From positions 1,824,001 to 1,888,000 of the forward strand of contig OZ252220.1 in the NCBI GenBank assembly GCA_965249135.1: a stretch of 64,000 nucleotides of DNA. The letters run 5' to 3'. This document shows positions 61,770-64,000 of this stretch, one piece after another. The stretch comes from Alphaproteobacteria bacterium (lineage in GTDB: Bacteria; Pseudomonadota; Alphaproteobacteria; GCA-2746255). The notes beneath the pieces are model-generated. The model was not told where the DNA came from and ran no database searches. It saw nothing but the letters and a program-made list of their open reading frames with translations. Position numbers and translations under genes: made by a program. Position 1 is the first letter of the stretch; each line of letters opens with the position of its first letter.

Positions 61770-63169
61770 GAAGCTGACCCGCTTTCCCTTGCAGCCGCTT
61801 CCTCGGGAAGAAGGTGGCCGGTTACCGAACGCTCGATGCGCAGGACTCTTTTTGCCGCCGCGTGGACGTCCTTCGCCGTGATCGCTCCGATGCGTTCCGG
61901 CCATTGCTCGACGTCTTCGATCTTATGGCCCGCGGCAAGGGCGGCACCAATCGTCTGAGCACCCGTATCCAGGCTGTCGCGGGCATAGGTAGCTGCTGCT
62001 TGTAGCCGGTTAATCGCGTGGGTCACTTCCGCTTCCTCCACCCCCTTTTCCACCAGCTTTTCGAGTTCGGCATCCACCGCGGCCTCGATCGCCTCGATGC
62101 CGACGTTCGGCGTCGGTATCGCATAGATCGAAAACGTCGCTGGCCCGCGCGCCAGGGGGTCGTAATAGGTGCTCACACCGGCGGCGAGTTTTTGCCTTAC
62201 AACCAGCTCCCGATATAGCCGGCTGGTCCCGCCGCTGCCCAGGATCGCCGCCAGTACTTCCAGGGCCTGGGCCTCCCTTGCCTCGGCCGTTCGCTGGTTT
62301 GGCGCTTCATAGCGGCGGAGGAAGGAAGGTTGGCGCACCTCCGTCGAACGCACCGTGGCCCGACGCGCCGCCTTTTCATACGGCTCTTCAAGGACGTGGT
62401 TCGCGTTCACCTTGCGAGGTGGAATGGGCCCGTAAATTTTCTCCGATAGGAGACGCAGTTTTTCCACCGTCACGTCGCCTGCGACCACCAGTATCGCGTT
62501 GTTCGGTGCATAGTAGCGGCGGTAGAAAGCGAGCGCGTCCTCCGTCGTCAGGGCTCCAACTTCGTGCGCCCACCCGATAATCGGTTTTCGGTAGGGATGA
62601 TTGAGGTAAAGCATTGCGCTCACTTCAAGGGAAAGCAAGGCAGCTGGGTCGTTCTCGAAACGCATCCGGCGTTCCTCCAGAACCACGTCGCGTTCCGGGA
62701 GCACGTTTGAATCGTCAAGAATTAGATTTTGCATCCGATCCGCTTCCATCTGCATGACGAGTTCGAGACGGTTGCTTGCGATGGTTTGGTGATAGGCAGT
62801 GAAGTCTTGGGAAGTAAAGGCGTTATCGGTTCCACCCTGGCGGGCGATGATTTTCGAGAAGTCGCCAGGGGCGATCTTCTTCGTTCCCTTGAACATCAGA
62901 TGCTCGAGAAAATGGGCAAGGCCGGATTTTCCCGGCGCTTCATCCATCGCCCCCACCTTGTACCAGACCATATGCGTGACGGCAGAGATTCGCGGATTCG
63001 AAATGACTACGACGCGAAGGCCGTTTTCAAGTGTGAAGGTTTCCGGATTGAAAACACCGGCAGTTGCAGATACGGAAGAAAGTAGAAAAGAAAAGATTGT
63101 GAGGACACCGACAAGGCGTGAAGTCCAACGGGAGAGAGGTGGACGCGCCGTGCCTAACCTGTAAAACAT
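61766..63169 (-). CDS. M16B zinc peptidase, catalytic subunit
   Basis: WYKVGA.DE..GKSGLAHFLEHLMFKGT, NAFTS.D.T.Y, ERDVVLEERR. Confidence 0.92.
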   Translation of the reverse strand: MFYRLGTARPPLSRWTSRLVGVLTIFSFLLSSVSATAGVFNPETFTLENGLRVVVISNPRISAVTHMVWYKVGAMDEAPGKSGLAHFLEHLMFKGTKKIAPGDFSKIIARQGGTDNAFTSQDFTAYHQTIASNRLELVMQMEADRMQNLILDDSNVLPERDVVLEERRMRFENDPAALLSLEVSAMLYLNHPYRKPIIGWAHEVGALTTEDALAFYRRYYAPNNAILVVAGDVTVEKLRLLSEKIYGPIPPRKVNANHVLEEPYEKAARRATVRSTEVRQPSFLRRYEAPNQRTAEAREAQALEVLAAILGSGGTSRLYRELVVRQKLAAGVSTYYDPLARGPATFSIYAIPTPNVGIEAIEAAVDAELEKLVEKGVEEAEVTHAINRLQAAATYARDSLDTGAQTIGAALAAGHKIEDVEQWPERIGAITAKDVHAAAKRVLRIERSVTGHLLPEEAAARESGSAS

Positions 63170-63190
63170 CGAATCGGTGAAGGGTCCCGC

Positions 63191-63775
63191 TTACTCATAT
63201 CCGAAGGTCTGATCGTCTTCTTCGGTGCCTGTGCCAGGAGCGGAAGGAACGGGCTGACCATAGATTCGCCGGTATTCCTCGATCGGGTCGAGGGTTTCGT
63301 CGCTCGGTTTTTCCTGTTCATTCATGAAGAGCAGCTGCTCAGTAAGCGAGCGATCCTCTTCGGCAACGATCGTCCCTTCGGCATTCAGAATGCGGCGGAT
63401 ATCCGGATTTGCCTGGACGGTACTCGAGCGACCCAACAAAGCCCGCTCGCCGATCGTACGGTTCGCGACGCTGGTTCCGTCTTCGCGGGAAAGGTTCGGA
63501 TTCTCGATGCCGAAGACGGCTTGGCGAGCGCGCTCGTTCGGCTCGGTCGTATTCGGCCGCGCGGCGCCGGGCTTCGGCGGCCTGAGGCCATAGTCCGGAG
63601 GCATGCTTAAGGGCGGCTGGTTGACGACCTGGAATTCGTCCGGCGGCCTGCTTTTCGTGCCGTAGATGAGGTCATCGGCGAGCTGGCAGCCGGTTATCAC
63701 CGGTGCGAGGCCGAGAAGAAGGACCGATAAGAAGGCGCGAGTGCGTAGCACGGTAACTCTCTCTCGTCGTTCCAC
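63191..63775 (-). CDS. DUF3035-like lipoprotein
   Basis: Lipobox ITGC, PDEFQVV..PPLSMPPDYGLRPP.PGA.RP. Located between lspA and the M16 pair. Confidence 0.8.
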   Translation of the reverse strand: MERRERVTVLRTRAFLSVLLLGLAPVITGCQLADDLIYGTKSRPPDEFQVVNQPPLSMPPDYGLRPPKPGAARPNTTEPNERARQAVFGIENPNLSREDGTSVANRTIGERALLGRSSTVQANPDIRRILNAEGTIVAEEDRSLTEQLLFMNEQEKPSDETLDPIEEYRRIYGQPVPSAPGTGTEEDDQTFGYE

Positions 63776-63777
63776 CC

Positions 63778-63999
63778 TTATTTAGGCAATTCTCGGCGCT
63801 CCAACAAGGCATCGATGAGGATCATCCCCACTCCAACGGTAATCGCCGTATCCGCCAGGTTGAAAGCTGGCCAATGGGCGCCGAAGGCATGGAAATCCAG
63901 GAAATCGAAGACGGCCCCATGGCGCAGCCGGTCGACGCCGTTGCCAAGCGCACCACCGATAATGAGCCCGATTCCCCAGCAAATCCAAGGTCTTCCCGT
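63778..63999 (-). CDS. lspA: Lipoprotein signal peptidase II, 5'-truncated by window
   Basis: Manual translation in a frame not listed in the track: ...[44 protein letters not shown]...LPK*. Confidence 0.95.
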   Translation of the reverse strand, partial: TGRPWICWGIGLIIGGALGNGVDRLRHGAVFDFLDFHAFGAHWPAFNLADTAITVGVGMILIDALLERRELPK

Positions 64000-64000
64000 G

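Noticed and set aside
63782-63988. 68-aa ORF listed in the track
   Set aside because: Wrong frame. The real gene is lspA, ending at 63778.
1-64000. tRNA, rRNA, riboswitch, IS, prophage or defence genes
   Set aside because: Intergenic gaps are short (at most ~215 bp) and I recognised none by eye. An Infernal/tRNAscan run would be needed to exclude small RNAs.

Overview
64 kb of a GC-rich alphaproteobacterial chromosome (Rhodospirillales-like gene order; taxonomy inferred from synteny). Bases 1-13276 are the 3' part of a co-oriented surface-glycan biosynthesis cluster with an unusual enzyme set: NeuA-like cytidylyltransferase (partial), AroB-like sugar-phosphate cyclase paralog, D-2-hydroxyacid dehydrogenase, DUF4910 peptidase-like protein, GT8-like, AsnB-type amidotransferase, TylF O-methyltransferase, an unannotated QxxxD/HP GT-B protein, GT2, LpxD-like acyltransferase, PIG-L deacetylase and GT4. 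An AT-rich IHF-like site marks its end. The rest is mostly core genome: contiguous ccmABCDEFGHI, acnA, MMPL plus LolA-like pair, orphan histidine kinase, flavoprotein disulfide reductase plus DedA/TVP38, rpmH-rnpA-yidD-yidC-engB-argB, a diguanylate cyclase coupled to a DUF2336 protein with tandem acidic repeats, dapD/dapE, def-fmt-truA, rmuC-pmbA-msbA-DUF374-waaA-lpxK, xseA-M23, purD, two tandem single-domain globins, tadA, C26 hydrolase-rluB-rsmD, pgi-mutL, an M16 pair, a DUF3035 lipoprotein and partial lspA. I saw no rRNA, tRNA, CRISPR array, integrase or transposase. Best leads: a putative cytidylyl-activated carbocyclic building block for a surface glycan, a MutL D58A substitution at the invariant ATP-binding Asp, a diverged tandem globin pair, and the DGC-DUF2336 repeat module. 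All family calls come from motif recognition by eye, not database searches.
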